Assembly (NCBI GenBank): GCA_900659855.1
Contig: CAACVI010000012.1
Location: forward strand, 256,532-320,531
Source of the DNA: Candidatus Desulfarcum epimagneticum
GTDB taxonomy: Bacteria; Desulfobacterota; Desulfobacteria; Desulfobacterales; CR-1
Reading direction: 5' to 3'
DNA length: 64,000 nt
In this document: positions 18,630 through 26,916 of the stretch, in pieces
How positions within the stretch are numbered: the stretch's first letter is position 1
Layout: every line of letters starts with the position of its first letter
The notes under the pieces: model-generated
The model's database searches: none
The model's input: the letters and a program-made list of their open reading frames with translations, nothing else
Told to the model about the DNA's origin: nothing
Made by a program: the position numbers and the translations under genes

Positions 18630-20246
18630 ATGCCGTCAAAAACAAAAAAAGAAATCAATACCGATTTTATTGATCCGAAAAAGGTAAAAATACCGGAACC
18701 TCAGCGGATTGCAGTCTCTCAATACGGTATGGTTTCAACAGCTCAATATAATGCAACCAGATCAGGTATGCAAATACTTGAGATGGGAGGAAACGCTTTT
18801 GACGCAGCAGTGGCATGCGCATTTTCGTTGGGAGTTTGTGAACCACAGGCATCAGGAATCGGTGGACAAACAATGGCTCTTCTTTATATTAAAAAAGAGG
18901 ATAGACTCGTTGCGCTTGACGGATCTTCAAGAGTCCCGAACCGAGCTCTTAATAAAGATTTTTCATCAAAAGTATCCCGTCTTCACGGATACCGGGCTGC
19001 GACTGTTCCCAGCACACCGGCTGTGCTATCATACATGAATGACCGTTACGGTAACCTCACACTGGCTGAAGTTATAAAACCGGCGATTCAAATTGCTGAG
19101 AACGGATATGCAATAACCGAACTCCAAAGAAAGCTGCAAAAACGAGAACTAAAAAATTTTTCAAAAGGGAATGCAGGTCAATTTTTTTTAAGGAATGGAG
19201 AAAAACCCTATAGCGTCGGTACGCTTTTTAAACAACCGGTACTGGCAAAAACTTATCAGAGGATTGCGGATGCCGGTATCGAAGATTTTTATACAGGGGA
19301 GATTGCTGAAATCATCCACAAAGATATGGATACTAATGGCGGCCTGATCCATAAGGATGATCTGGGGCAAATTCCTTATCCCATTGAACGAGAGCCGCTC
19401 ATCGGAAGACTGGGAAACATGATGGCACATACAATGCCTCCCCCAGGCGCAGGCAGAACTCTTATAGAAATGATCAATATCCTGAAGAAATTTCCTGTAA
19501 AGGATCGCAATCCAGACACACCGGAAGGCTCGCTGTTGCTGGCGGAAATTATTCGAAGAGCCCAACTTGATCGTAGGGATAGACCATTTGAAGCGAACTT
19601 CTATCCCCAGGTTCAGGATAGACGAATGGTCAGTAACGAATACTCTAAAATTGTTGCGCAACAAATAAAAACCCGCATAAAGTCCAGTGGCGAAACGACT
19701 CATTTGTCTGTTATGGATAAATACGGCAATGTTGTTGCCCTCACACAGTCCATAGAACGCATATACGGCGCAAAAGTGGTTACACCAAAGTTAGGATTTC
19801 TTTACAATAACTACATGAGCGCCTTGGAGTATAAAGATATTACTCACCCTCACTATCTTAGGCCAAATGCTGTTCCATGGGCATCAGTCGCGCCAACCAT
19901 TATATTCAAGTCAAAAAAACCATGGCTGGCAATCGGCTCACCCGGCAGTGAACGAATTGCATCATCAATTCTGCAAGTCCTTATCAGATTAAACCTTCAA
20001 TCCCCGTTTGACGCTGTGGCAGCGCCACGAATTCATTGTTCGTATGACGGAAAGGTCTCCCTTGAAGCCGCATTTATGAGAGATGATATCCCTGGTAAAC
20101 TCGAAAGCATGGGTTTCAGTATTGATATACGTGAACCCAATTCATTTTATCTTGGGTGTATTCAAATGGTAATGGCTGAGAATAATGATTTTATAGGTGT
20201 TGCTGATCCACGTAGAGACGGTTCGGCTGGAGGCCCGAAGCAATGA
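18630..20246 (+). CDS. ggt: Gamma-glutamyltransferase family protein
   Basis: In-frame ATG of ORF 18540..20246. GGNAFDAAVA...ASGIGGQ and the autoprocessing/nucleophile region SSGETTHLSVMDKYGNVVALTQSI are present. Confidence 0.8.
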   Translation: MPSKTKKEINTDFIDPKKVKIPEPQRIAVSQYGMVSTAQYNATRSGMQILEMGGNAFDAAVACAFSLGVCEPQASGIGGQTMALLYIKKEDRLVALDGSSRVPNRALNKDFSSKVSRLHGYRAATVPSTPAVLSYMNDRYGNLTLAEVIKPAIQIAENGYAITELQRKLQKRELKNFSKGNAGQFFLRNGEKPYSVGTLFKQPVLAKTYQRIADAGIEDFYTGEIAEIIHKDMDTNGGLIHKDDLGQIPYPIEREPLIGRLGNMMAHTMPPPGAGRTLIEMINILKKFPVKDRNPDTPEGSLLLAEIIRRAQLDRRDRPFEANFYPQVQDRRMVSNEYSKIVAQQIKTRIKSSGETTHLSVMDKYGNVVALTQSIERIYGAKVVTPKLGFLYNNYMSALEYKDITHPHYLRPNAVPWASVAPTIIFKSKKPWLAIGSPGSERIASSILQVLIRLNLQSPFDAVAAPRIHCSYDGKVSLEAAFMRDDIPGKLESMGFSIDIREPNSFYLGCIQMVMAENNDFIGVADPRRDGSAGGPKQ

Positions 20247-20935
20247 AACTACCAGTTCTGATTTCCGTTCCCCATGCCGGCTTAGAAGTGCCTCCTGAAA
20301 TGAAAAACATTTGCCAGTTATCTGAGAAGGAGATTATTGAAGATGGTGATGAAGGCGCTGCAGACATTTATTATCCTTTAGAAAAAGAAGTAAAAGCATT
20401 TGTTAAAACCGACATTGCCCGGGCTATAGTTGATATGAACAGGACTCCTGAAGATTTTAGTAAAGACGGTGTAATAAAAACCCATACATGCCATAATATA
20501 CCTATATACCAAAAGCCTCTTGCAATAGAGACCGCAAATGATTTGATCGAAAATTATTATCAGCCTTATCATCGAGCGCTTTCTTCAAAAACCAGAGATG
20601 TAAGAGTGGGTCTTGACTGCCACACAATGGCGGAATTAGGGCCATCCGTGGCGCCGGATACCGGAAAAAAAAGACCCGCTGCTTGTGTAAGTAATGCGGA
20701 TAAAACATGCGATATATCACTGATACAATCATTTGCCGAAATTTTACAAGATATGCTCCATCATGAGGTAGCCATAAATAATCCTTTTAATGGGGGATAT
20801 ATTATCAAAAAACACTCCTTGGAAATCCCATGGTTGCAGATTGAATTGTCCCGCGCTCATTTTTTAACAAACGTAGAAAAAAGCGTAGCTTTTCATAAAA
20901 CAATAGTTAAATGGATCGTTATTAACGGCATTTAA
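20243..20935 (+). CDS. N-formylglutamate amidohydrolase (FGase) family protein
   Basis: 230-aa ORF overlapping ggt by ATGA. The N-terminus LPVLISVPHAGLEVPPE...DGDEGAADIY...ARAIVDMNR and the later GLDCHTM are typical of PF05013-type enzymes. Confidence 0.7.
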   Translation: MKLPVLISVPHAGLEVPPEMKNICQLSEKEIIEDGDEGAADIYYPLEKEVKAFVKTDIARAIVDMNRTPEDFSKDGVIKTHTCHNIPIYQKPLAIETANDLIENYYQPYHRALSSKTRDVRVGLDCHTMAELGPSVAPDTGKKRPAACVSNADKTCDISLIQSFAEILQDMLHHEVAINNPFNGGYIIKKHSLEIPWLQIELSRAHFLTNVEKSVAFHKTIVKWIVINGI

Positions 20936-21152
20936 AAATTATTTTCATTATAAACACCACACTCGATAATTTTTTCTATAATCATATTTTTTTTAACATG
21001 GCTCCGTATCTGCTGTGTCACCAAGCGCTTGAGCCACCACAAGTATGATTGGCGTCCCCTTTTATCATTATAGAATTCGGATGCCTGCTTTAAACAATCT
21101 GTAAAAATGGCGCTTTCAGCCGTTCATCCTTACCGGTTTTAATCGGTGCTTT

Positions 21153-21386
21153 TTATCGTTGCCTCCATACATTTTTTTGACTACCGGCCGGATTTGTTTT
21201 CCAAATTAAATCAAGGGTCTTAGGATCGGCTATACTTCCGATTTCGTACTCAGAATTTCCCTTCATACAAGCACAAGGAAAAATCCTTCCTTGAAAGTCA
21301 ACAAAGAAAAGCCTCTTTCCCGCTTGGCAACCCTTCGAATCTGGAAAAGGCCGACAGGTGTAGAATGCCACATTATATTTAACCAA
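21153..21386 (-). pseudogene. C-terminal SPASM-domain remnant of a radical-SAM protein
   Basis: The 77-aa ORF contains C-x-x-...GC.AGK..FFVDFQGRIFPCAC, the SPASM Cys pattern. No radical-SAM CxxxCxxC core lies upstream; the reading frame runs into AT-rich non-homologous sequence. Confidence 0.5.
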
Positions 21387-21442
21387 GCGTAGGATTTTTT
21401 TCAGAATATATTGACGAAAGAATAAAATTATCAGAATAAATG

Positions 21443-21469
21443 AAGCCTCTCAGTGAGAGGCTTTTTTTT
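21443..21469 (+). terminator. Rho-independent terminator-like hairpin
   Basis: GCCTCTC-AGT-GAGAGGC (21445..21461) is followed by T8 (21462..21469). Confidence 0.6.
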
Positions 21470-21558
21470 ATGGGAAAAGGGCGGCCAAGTCTTTGGCAGG
21501 ACAAACCGCCCTTTTCCAAAACCAAGGGCTGAAACTTCCAGCCCTGCAAGGAGGTGTG

Positions 21559-22005
21559 ATGGTAATATTTATTTCCATAAAACTCAAGAAGCTTTTTGAA
21601 CAAGAGCGCGATTATAAATGGAAAAAGCCGAAGCAATGCCCCCGCTGCGGCGGATGCAGGCTGTGGGGGCATGGGTATGCGCCCGTTTTGTTTGACGGTT
21701 TCAGAAAACCGCTTCTGATTAAGCGCAATCGGTGTCCGGACTGCCATTGTGTGATACGTTTCCGGCCAAAGGGGTATTTCGGGCGGATTCAGGCGTCAAA
21801 GAATGCCATACGCTCATGCATATCCGGGAAATTAAAATATGCCAAATGCCCCGGCTCCATCAGCCGGAGCCGGCGGCGTCACTGGGTCATGGCCCTGACC
21901 CGGCGGATCAAGGCGCATTTCGGCGACACGTGGCAAAAAAGCATATTAAAGGGATTGAACTATCTTGCGTTCCTGGGTCATATTCCGGTGAGCCGTTCCA
22001 TTTAA
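21559..22005 (+). CDS. Zinc-ribbon protein, probable accessory gene of the adjacent transposition module
   Basis: In-frame ATG preceded by AAGGAGG. Two CxxC pairs: KQCPRCGGCRLWGHGY...RNRCPDCHCVIRF. Confidence 0.55.
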   Translation: MVIFISIKLKKLFEQERDYKWKKPKQCPRCGGCRLWGHGYAPVLFDGFRKPLLIKRNRCPDCHCVIRFRPKGYFGRIQASKNAIRSCISGKLKYAKCPGSISRSRRRHWVMALTRRIKAHFGDTWQKSILKGLNYLAFLGHIPVSRSI

Positions 22006-22126
22006 CGCCCGTCCATTTCCATTTTTCACCCTCCCCACCCAAGAGTGTCATTTACCGGCTTTTTTTTCTGTCGTAAGAAGGGAAAAGATAAAATGTGCGT
22101 CAACCCGGACAAAAAAAGGAGGCGTT

Positions 22127-23407
22127 ATGACCAAAGAGCAGAGAATGGATGTGGCGGTTTTTCGTTACGGTGTTATCAGTGATTTTGTAAACGGGCCAAG
22201 CCTGTCCCGTCAGGAAAAGCGGAGGCTTTTACAGGGCAAAAGCGAAAAAAAATGGCGGATACCCTTTTCTGAAAAGACCCGGATCAGCAAAAGCGGCATA
22301 TTGCGATGGATTCGTCTTTACGAAAAAAGCGGCTGTGATATCCGATCATTGTATCCCAAAGTCCGCGCGGACAAGGGAAAAAGCAGGGTCATAGATGATG
22401 ACACGGCGCTGGGTCTGGCTGAGCTGAGGAAACAGTTTCCCAAATCGACTGTGGCCGCTCTGATTGAAAAAATGCGCAAGGGAAAATCGGAGGCTTTCCG
22501 GCGCCCGCTTTCCCCGTCCACGGTTTACCGGTTTTTGAATCAGCGCGGGCTTATGGACATGACCCGGAAAACCCCGGAGGACAGGCGCAAGTTTGAGGCG
22601 GAGATGCCCAATGATTTATGGCAGAGCGATGTCATGCACGGACCCAAAGTTCTTGCCGACGGCAAAAATAAAAAGACTTATCTGATCGCCATCATAGACG
22701 ATCATTCCAGGCTGATCGTTCACGCGAAATTTTATTTCTCAGAAAATCTGGTCAACTATATGGACGCGTTTCAGGACGCGCTTTTGAAGCGCGGCCTGCC
22801 CCGAAAACTCTATGTGGACAACGGCGCGGCGTTTCGCAGCGTCCGTCTGGCTTATACCGCCGCCTCATTAAATATCGCGCTTATTCGCGCCCGGCCGTAT
22901 AAACCCCAGGGAAAGGGAAAGATCGAGCGGTGGTTTAAAACCGTGCGGTCGGGTTTTTTGCCTGACTTTCAAGGAGATACGATCAATGATATCAATTCTG
23001 CGCTGACCCGCTGGATCGGGACCCAATATCACCCAAAGAAACATGGGGCCACAGGCCAGAGTCCTTTCGAGCGCTTCACCGCCCATATGGAATGTTTAAG
23101 AGCCGCTCCCGCAAATCTGAAAGATCATTTTCGAATCACCGCAAGACGCAGGGTGGCCAAAGACCGGACCATCACCTTAAACGGCAGACTGTATGAGGGG
23201 CCTGTGGCCCTTATCGGCAAAAATGTGGAGCTTTGCTTTCATCCCGATGAGCCTGATTCGGTGGAGATTAAATATAAAAGCAGGTCTTTTGGAAACGCGT
23301 CGCCGGTCAACCTTGCCGTCAACTGCAGGGTTAAAAGAGCCAAAAACACCCATGCCGACATGGAGCCCGCCCCGGGTTCCAGTTATCATGGCGGAAGTCT
23401 TTTATAG
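22127..23407 (+). CDS. DDE (rve / integrase-core) transposase, Mu/Tn552-like
   Basis: 426-aa ORF with an N-terminal HTH region and the core NDLWQSDVMHG...YLIAIIDDHSRLIV...LYVDNGAAFRS...ARPYKPQGKGKIERWF. Confidence 0.8.
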   Translation: MTKEQRMDVAVFRYGVISDFVNGPSLSRQEKRRLLQGKSEKKWRIPFSEKTRISKSGILRWIRLYEKSGCDIRSLYPKVRADKGKSRVIDDDTALGLAELRKQFPKSTVAALIEKMRKGKSEAFRRPLSPSTVYRFLNQRGLMDMTRKTPEDRRKFEAEMPNDLWQSDVMHGPKVLADGKNKKTYLIAIIDDHSRLIVHAKFYFSENLVNYMDAFQDALLKRGLPRKLYVDNGAAFRSVRLAYTAASLNIALIRARPYKPQGKGKIERWFKTVRSGFLPDFQGDTINDINSALTRWIGTQYHPKKHGATGQSPFERFTAHMECLRAAPANLKDHFRITARRRVAKDRTITLNGRLYEGPVALIGKNVELCFHPDEPDSVEIKYKSRSFGNASPVNLAVNCRVKRAKNTHADMEPAPGSSYHGGSLL

Positions 23408-23416
23408 GGAGGCCGC

Positions 23417-24223
23417 ATGGATAATCACAGGGTTTTTTTCAGTTTAAAAAAAGAGCCGTTTATCTCGGATTTAAAGCCGAATGAGATGCTTGAAACCCAT
23501 GAGCTGATATCGGTTCAAAATCGCTTTGACTATGCTGTGGGACTGGGAGGCATCGGTCTTGTCACCGGCGAGATCGGAAGCGGAAAATCAACGGCTTTGC
23601 GTTACAGCGCCGCCATGCTTCACCCTTCCGAATATCGCTGCGTCTACGTGGTGGCCTCATCAGGTTCCATCATTGAGCTTTACCGGCAGATCATATCAAA
23701 GCTTCAGATATTTTTGTCCACCAACTCCAAAGCCTTGATGACGGACATGATTCGTAAAGAGATCAAAAAACAGGTCCTCGGGAAAAAAATAAAGCCGGTT
23801 TTGATCATAGACGAAGCGTCATTGCTGAGGCTGGAGGTCTTTGCCGAACTGCACACCATCACCCAGTTCGAAAAAGACTCCAAACCCTGGCTGCCCGTCA
23901 TATTGGCGGGGCAGTCCAACCTGATTGACAAATTGATGTATCGGGGCTCCGGCCCCCTGGCGTCAAGAATTATTGCCCGAAGTCATCTGGAAGGGCTTAA
24001 CCTGGATATGATGCGAAAATACCTGGCCCACCACCTGGGACTTGCCGGAGTGGAGACAAATCTTTTTGATGACACCGCCGCAAGGGCCATACACCAGGGC
24101 TCCGGGGGTCTTTTGAGAAAGGCCAACCACCTGGCAAGGGGAGCTCTTATAGCGGCGGCGGCCCAAAAATCAATGACAGTGAAAGCGGATCACGTCAGAC
24201 TGGCTTCCACTGAAATCTTTTGA
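23417..24223 (+). CDS. AAA+ ATPase, ExeA/TniB-like transposition helper
   Basis: 268-aa ORF with Walker A GEIGSGKST and Walker B VLIIDEASLL. It lies 10 bp downstream of the DDE gene. Confidence 0.8.
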   Translation: MDNHRVFFSLKKEPFISDLKPNEMLETHELISVQNRFDYAVGLGGIGLVTGEIGSGKSTALRYSAAMLHPSEYRCVYVVASSGSIIELYRQIISKLQIFLSTNSKALMTDMIRKEIKKQVLGKKIKPVLIIDEASLLRLEVFAELHTITQFEKDSKPWLPVILAGQSNLIDKLMYRGSGPLASRIIARSHLEGLNLDMMRKYLAHHLGLAGVETNLFDDTAARAIHQGSGGLLRKANHLARGALIAAAAQKSMTVKADHVRLASTEIF

Positions 24224-24633
24224 TACCGTATTCGGTGAAACGGAGGAAGGCTCTGCTGGGGAGCAACCTTCCAAGGGATAGCCGAACGCAGACAGCATTG
24301 AATGATGCCTGCATAAAGGGGCGCGGCATATATCAGCGCCGCGCCCCCCATCAGGAAATCATTCAAGCTTTTCTGCCCATGCCTTAAAAAACCCATAAGA
24401 TAAAAGAGCGAAGCGATTCCGATTAATCATGCCCGCAGATCAATGCGCAGGCTCATGATTCAGACAATGTGAAAAAATAGACTTTCGGTCAAAATAATCA
24501 GAAAAAATCGGTTTGCATAATTTGGAAATCAACAACAGGGTGTTAATTCGGGAAAACCAGAAAAAGACAATTTAATTGGAAACGTATGTCGCGTCGGCCG
24601 CATTGGCCTTGTCACCTTGTTTACAGCTTGTTT

Positions 24634-24975
24634 TTACTTGATATTATGAGATTCCAGAAGCGTCTTGACCGCTTCCTTCAGCATCGGCAGGTCATTTTCA
24701 ACCATCAACCAAACTTCTGAAAGATGTATGCCGTCATATTGATGAATCAAAACATCCCGTAGTCCCGCAAACTGCCTCCATGGTATTTCCGAAACAATCC
24801 GGCGTGTTTCTTCGGAAAGACGTTTGACCGCTTCGCCGATAATTTCAAAATTACGAATCACCGCATCCTGTGTCTTCGGATCATTTAAAAACAACGATTC
24901 TCCGTCAACCGTGTATTGTTGAATTTTTTCAATACTTTCTTTTATATGAATAAGGACAAGTCGTTGGTCTTTCAT
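24634..24975 (-). CDS. hepT: HepT-like (DUF86) RNase toxin
   Basis: 113-aa ORF with ...AVIRNFEIIGEA...IPWRQFAGLRDVLIHQYDGI (R-x4-HxY). It overlaps mntA by 4 bp. Confidence 0.85.
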   Translation of the reverse strand: MKDQRLVLIHIKESIEKIQQYTVDGESLFLNDPKTQDAVIRNFEIIGEAVKRLSEETRRIVSEIPWRQFAGLRDVLIHQYDGIHLSEVWLMVENDLPMLKEAVKTLLESHNIK

Positions 24976-25250
24976 AAGGGCGCCGCTTCTTTCACAATCT
25001 TTTCGCGAACATACCAGTGGAGGCTTTTTTCTGTGACAACATCTACTTCTCTGCCGAGCAGATCTTCCAAATCCTGCTTAAACGCGATCCTTCTCAGCAG
25101 ACTTCCCTCCATGTCTATCAGAAAATCCGCATCGCTTTCAGAGTTATGGTCTCCCCGCGCAAATGAGCCGAAAATCCGTATGTTTGTCGCTCCGTATTTT
25201 TCCGCCAGCCGCACGATTTGATTCCGACTCTGTCTTATGACATCCGCCAT
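24972..25250 (-). CDS. mntA: MNT-type nucleotidyltransferase antitoxin
   Basis: 92-aa ORF. IRIFGSFARGDHNSESDADFLID is the GS-x10-D-x-D nucleotidyltransferase motif. Confidence 0.85.
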   Translation of the reverse strand: MADVIRQSRNQIVRLAEKYGATNIRIFGSFARGDHNSESDADFLIDMEGSLLRRIAFKQDLEDLLGREVDVVTEKSLHWYVREKIVKEAAPL

Positions 25251-25665
25251 ATTAACAATCTCCCTGTCGCGATAACTTCATATCGTTTTTATATCCAACA
25301 TTGTTTCAATGAGGCATAATCCCAGGCCGGCTCCCCGATTCCCGGCGACGCGGCCGCCGGGAACAAGGCATAAAAAAGAAGAAAAAAAGGGGACGGGCAA
25401 ATAAAACGCTATCAGGAGAAGAAAAATTCTCCGGTTAAACGCCGGGATCAAATTTTTTCATTCCATCCGCCTGCCTGAATTTCAGCGATCCATTGTTCCA
25501 GGGTGGGTTCTCCAAGCAACCCGTCTCGTTCTTTTGTGTAATCGCCGCAACCGGTTTCCGACTGTTGAAGAAAACGAATCATGCCGGTAATCCCCATGTG
25601 TCGGCTCAATATTTCAATATCTGTCCTTCTTATCTGTCGCTATGTCATCGTCTGTGTATTCATAA

Positions 25666-25884
25666 TTATATTTCCTTCTGCAACCATATCAGAGGGTTTT
25701 CAGCTTCTATTTTTAAAAATCGCTTATTCCTTTTGGATGCGTTTATAAGCTTGTCATCTGTTGACAAAAAAATATCAGCATTCCCTCCCTCCGCGCAGGC
25801 AATATGCAAAGCATCAAGGGATTTCAGACTCTTGTAATGCTCTTGATTTTTTCTTCTTATACCACCTTTTCCTGACACGGTCAA
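25666..25884 (-). pseudogene. PIN-domain C-terminal remnant
   Basis: 72-aa ORF with ...SLDALHIACAEGGNADIFLSTDDKLINA. A recognisable N-terminal PIN half is absent. Confidence 0.4.
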
Positions 25885-26042
25885 ATTTTCATCCAGACAT
25901 ATCCCGCGCCAAAAATCAACCCCATGCCGCGCCGAACGCTTACAAAATTTTTATTCGACGAAAAGGCAAATAATGTGCTATGATTGGAACAGACATCGCA
26001 GGCATCCTTGGGATAGCCGTTTTTTGGGGAATGGAGAAAAAT

Positions 26043-26294
26043 ATGAAACAAATCCGTGAAATGAACAGCTGGAGGACATACAGCAAGGTTCTGGGAAATC
26101 GAATTTCAATCGAGCTGCCGAAAAATTATGACTTTCAGGAAGTTGAGGCGCTCATAATACCACGAAAAATAAAAACGGTTCCCGAGAACAGAATCGGGCG
26201 GAAAGAGTGGCAGGATGATTTTCTCAGTATTTCTCAATGGGATATTTCTGAAGATGACATCAGGATGAAATCATGGTCAATACCCGAGTTTTAA
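26043..26294 (+). CDS. Putative VapB-type antitoxin
   Basis: In-frame ATG preceded by GGAGAA. This small acidic protein's stop overlaps the start of the PIN gene (ATG 26273). Confidence 0.5.
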   Translation: MKQIREMNSWRTYSKVLGNRISIELPKNYDFQEVEALIIPRKIKTVPENRIGRKEWQDDFLSISQWDISEDDIRMKSWSIPEF

Positions 26295-26822
26295 CAGACA
26301 CTTCTGTGATAATAGATTTTGATGGCGTCGTAAAAAATCCGATCTACTGCGTTGCGGCGCTTATTTTGAATTGAGGCATACTACATGTATTGCCTCAATT
26401 AAAAATAAGCGCCACGCCTTGTATATCGCATTTTTAACTTAGCCATCCCAAGCTTTTTTACGAGTTTATCAGATTTTCTGAGAAAGAAAAACAAAAAAAA
26501 TTCGCTTCTGTGGCGAGTCAGAGAAAACAACGACTGTTTTATGTCGTCTGTCACCTTATTTGAATTGAAGTGTGGCGCGAAGACAGAAAAACACTCCAAA
26601 GATATTGGGAAACTTCTGAAATGGATCGAAACAATTCCCTTTGACAATGAGATCGCTGAAATTGCTTCGATAATATATCAGCGCCTGAAATTGAAGCATA
26701 AACTGATCGAATTCAGAGACATTTTTATCGCCGCCACCGCCATTTCGGAGAATCTTTGCGTTGCGACATTGAATATAAAGGATTTTGAAAGGATAAAGGA
26801 TATAGACTTAATAAAAATTTAA
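26273..26822 (+). pseudogene. vapC: vapC (PIN toxin) interrupted by a 150-bp MITE-like element
   Basis: The N-terminal 16 codons are MVNTRVLTDTSVIIDF (26273..26320). After removing 26321..26477 the frame continues LRKKNKKNSLLWRVRENNDCFMSSVTLFELKCGA...FIAATAI...ATLNIKDFERI, giving a complete PIN domain. Confidence 0.8.
26321..26470. mobile_element. 150-bp MITE-like palindromic element inserted in vapC
   Basis: The termini are GATGGCGTCGTAAAAAA ... TTTTTTACGAGTTTATC. It is flanked by direct repeats (A)GATTTT at 26314..26320 and 26471..26477. Confidence 0.85.
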
Positions 26823-26916
26823 CAACCGATCATGACAGCGTTTGAAGAAAGGGGACAAAAAAAACGAAAAAACAAAACCATTGCGCCCAAAGTTTTTTTT
26901 TGCTACCCCTTTTCAA

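Noticed and set aside
21379-21747. 122-aa minus-strand ORF overlapping the start of the Zn-ribbon gene.
   Set aside because: It spans the terminator hairpin and inverted repeats, has no motifs, and conflicts with the better-supported plus-strand gene with an AAGGAGG RBS.
25448-25597. 49-aa minus-strand ORF (MGITGMIRFLQQSETGCGDYTKERDGLLGEPTLEQWIAEIQAGGWNEKI) downstream of a PIN remnant.
   Set aside because: It is too short, has no recognisable family and lacks an evident RBS. It is possibly another gene fragment.
26321-26470. Could the palindromes be integron attC sites, given the many small TA cassettes nearby?
   Set aside because: The termini do not fit the R''/R' consensus (RYYYAAC / GTTRRRY). 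No intI gene is present. Copies lie inside core operons rather than in a cassette array, and 6-bp target duplications indicate transposition.
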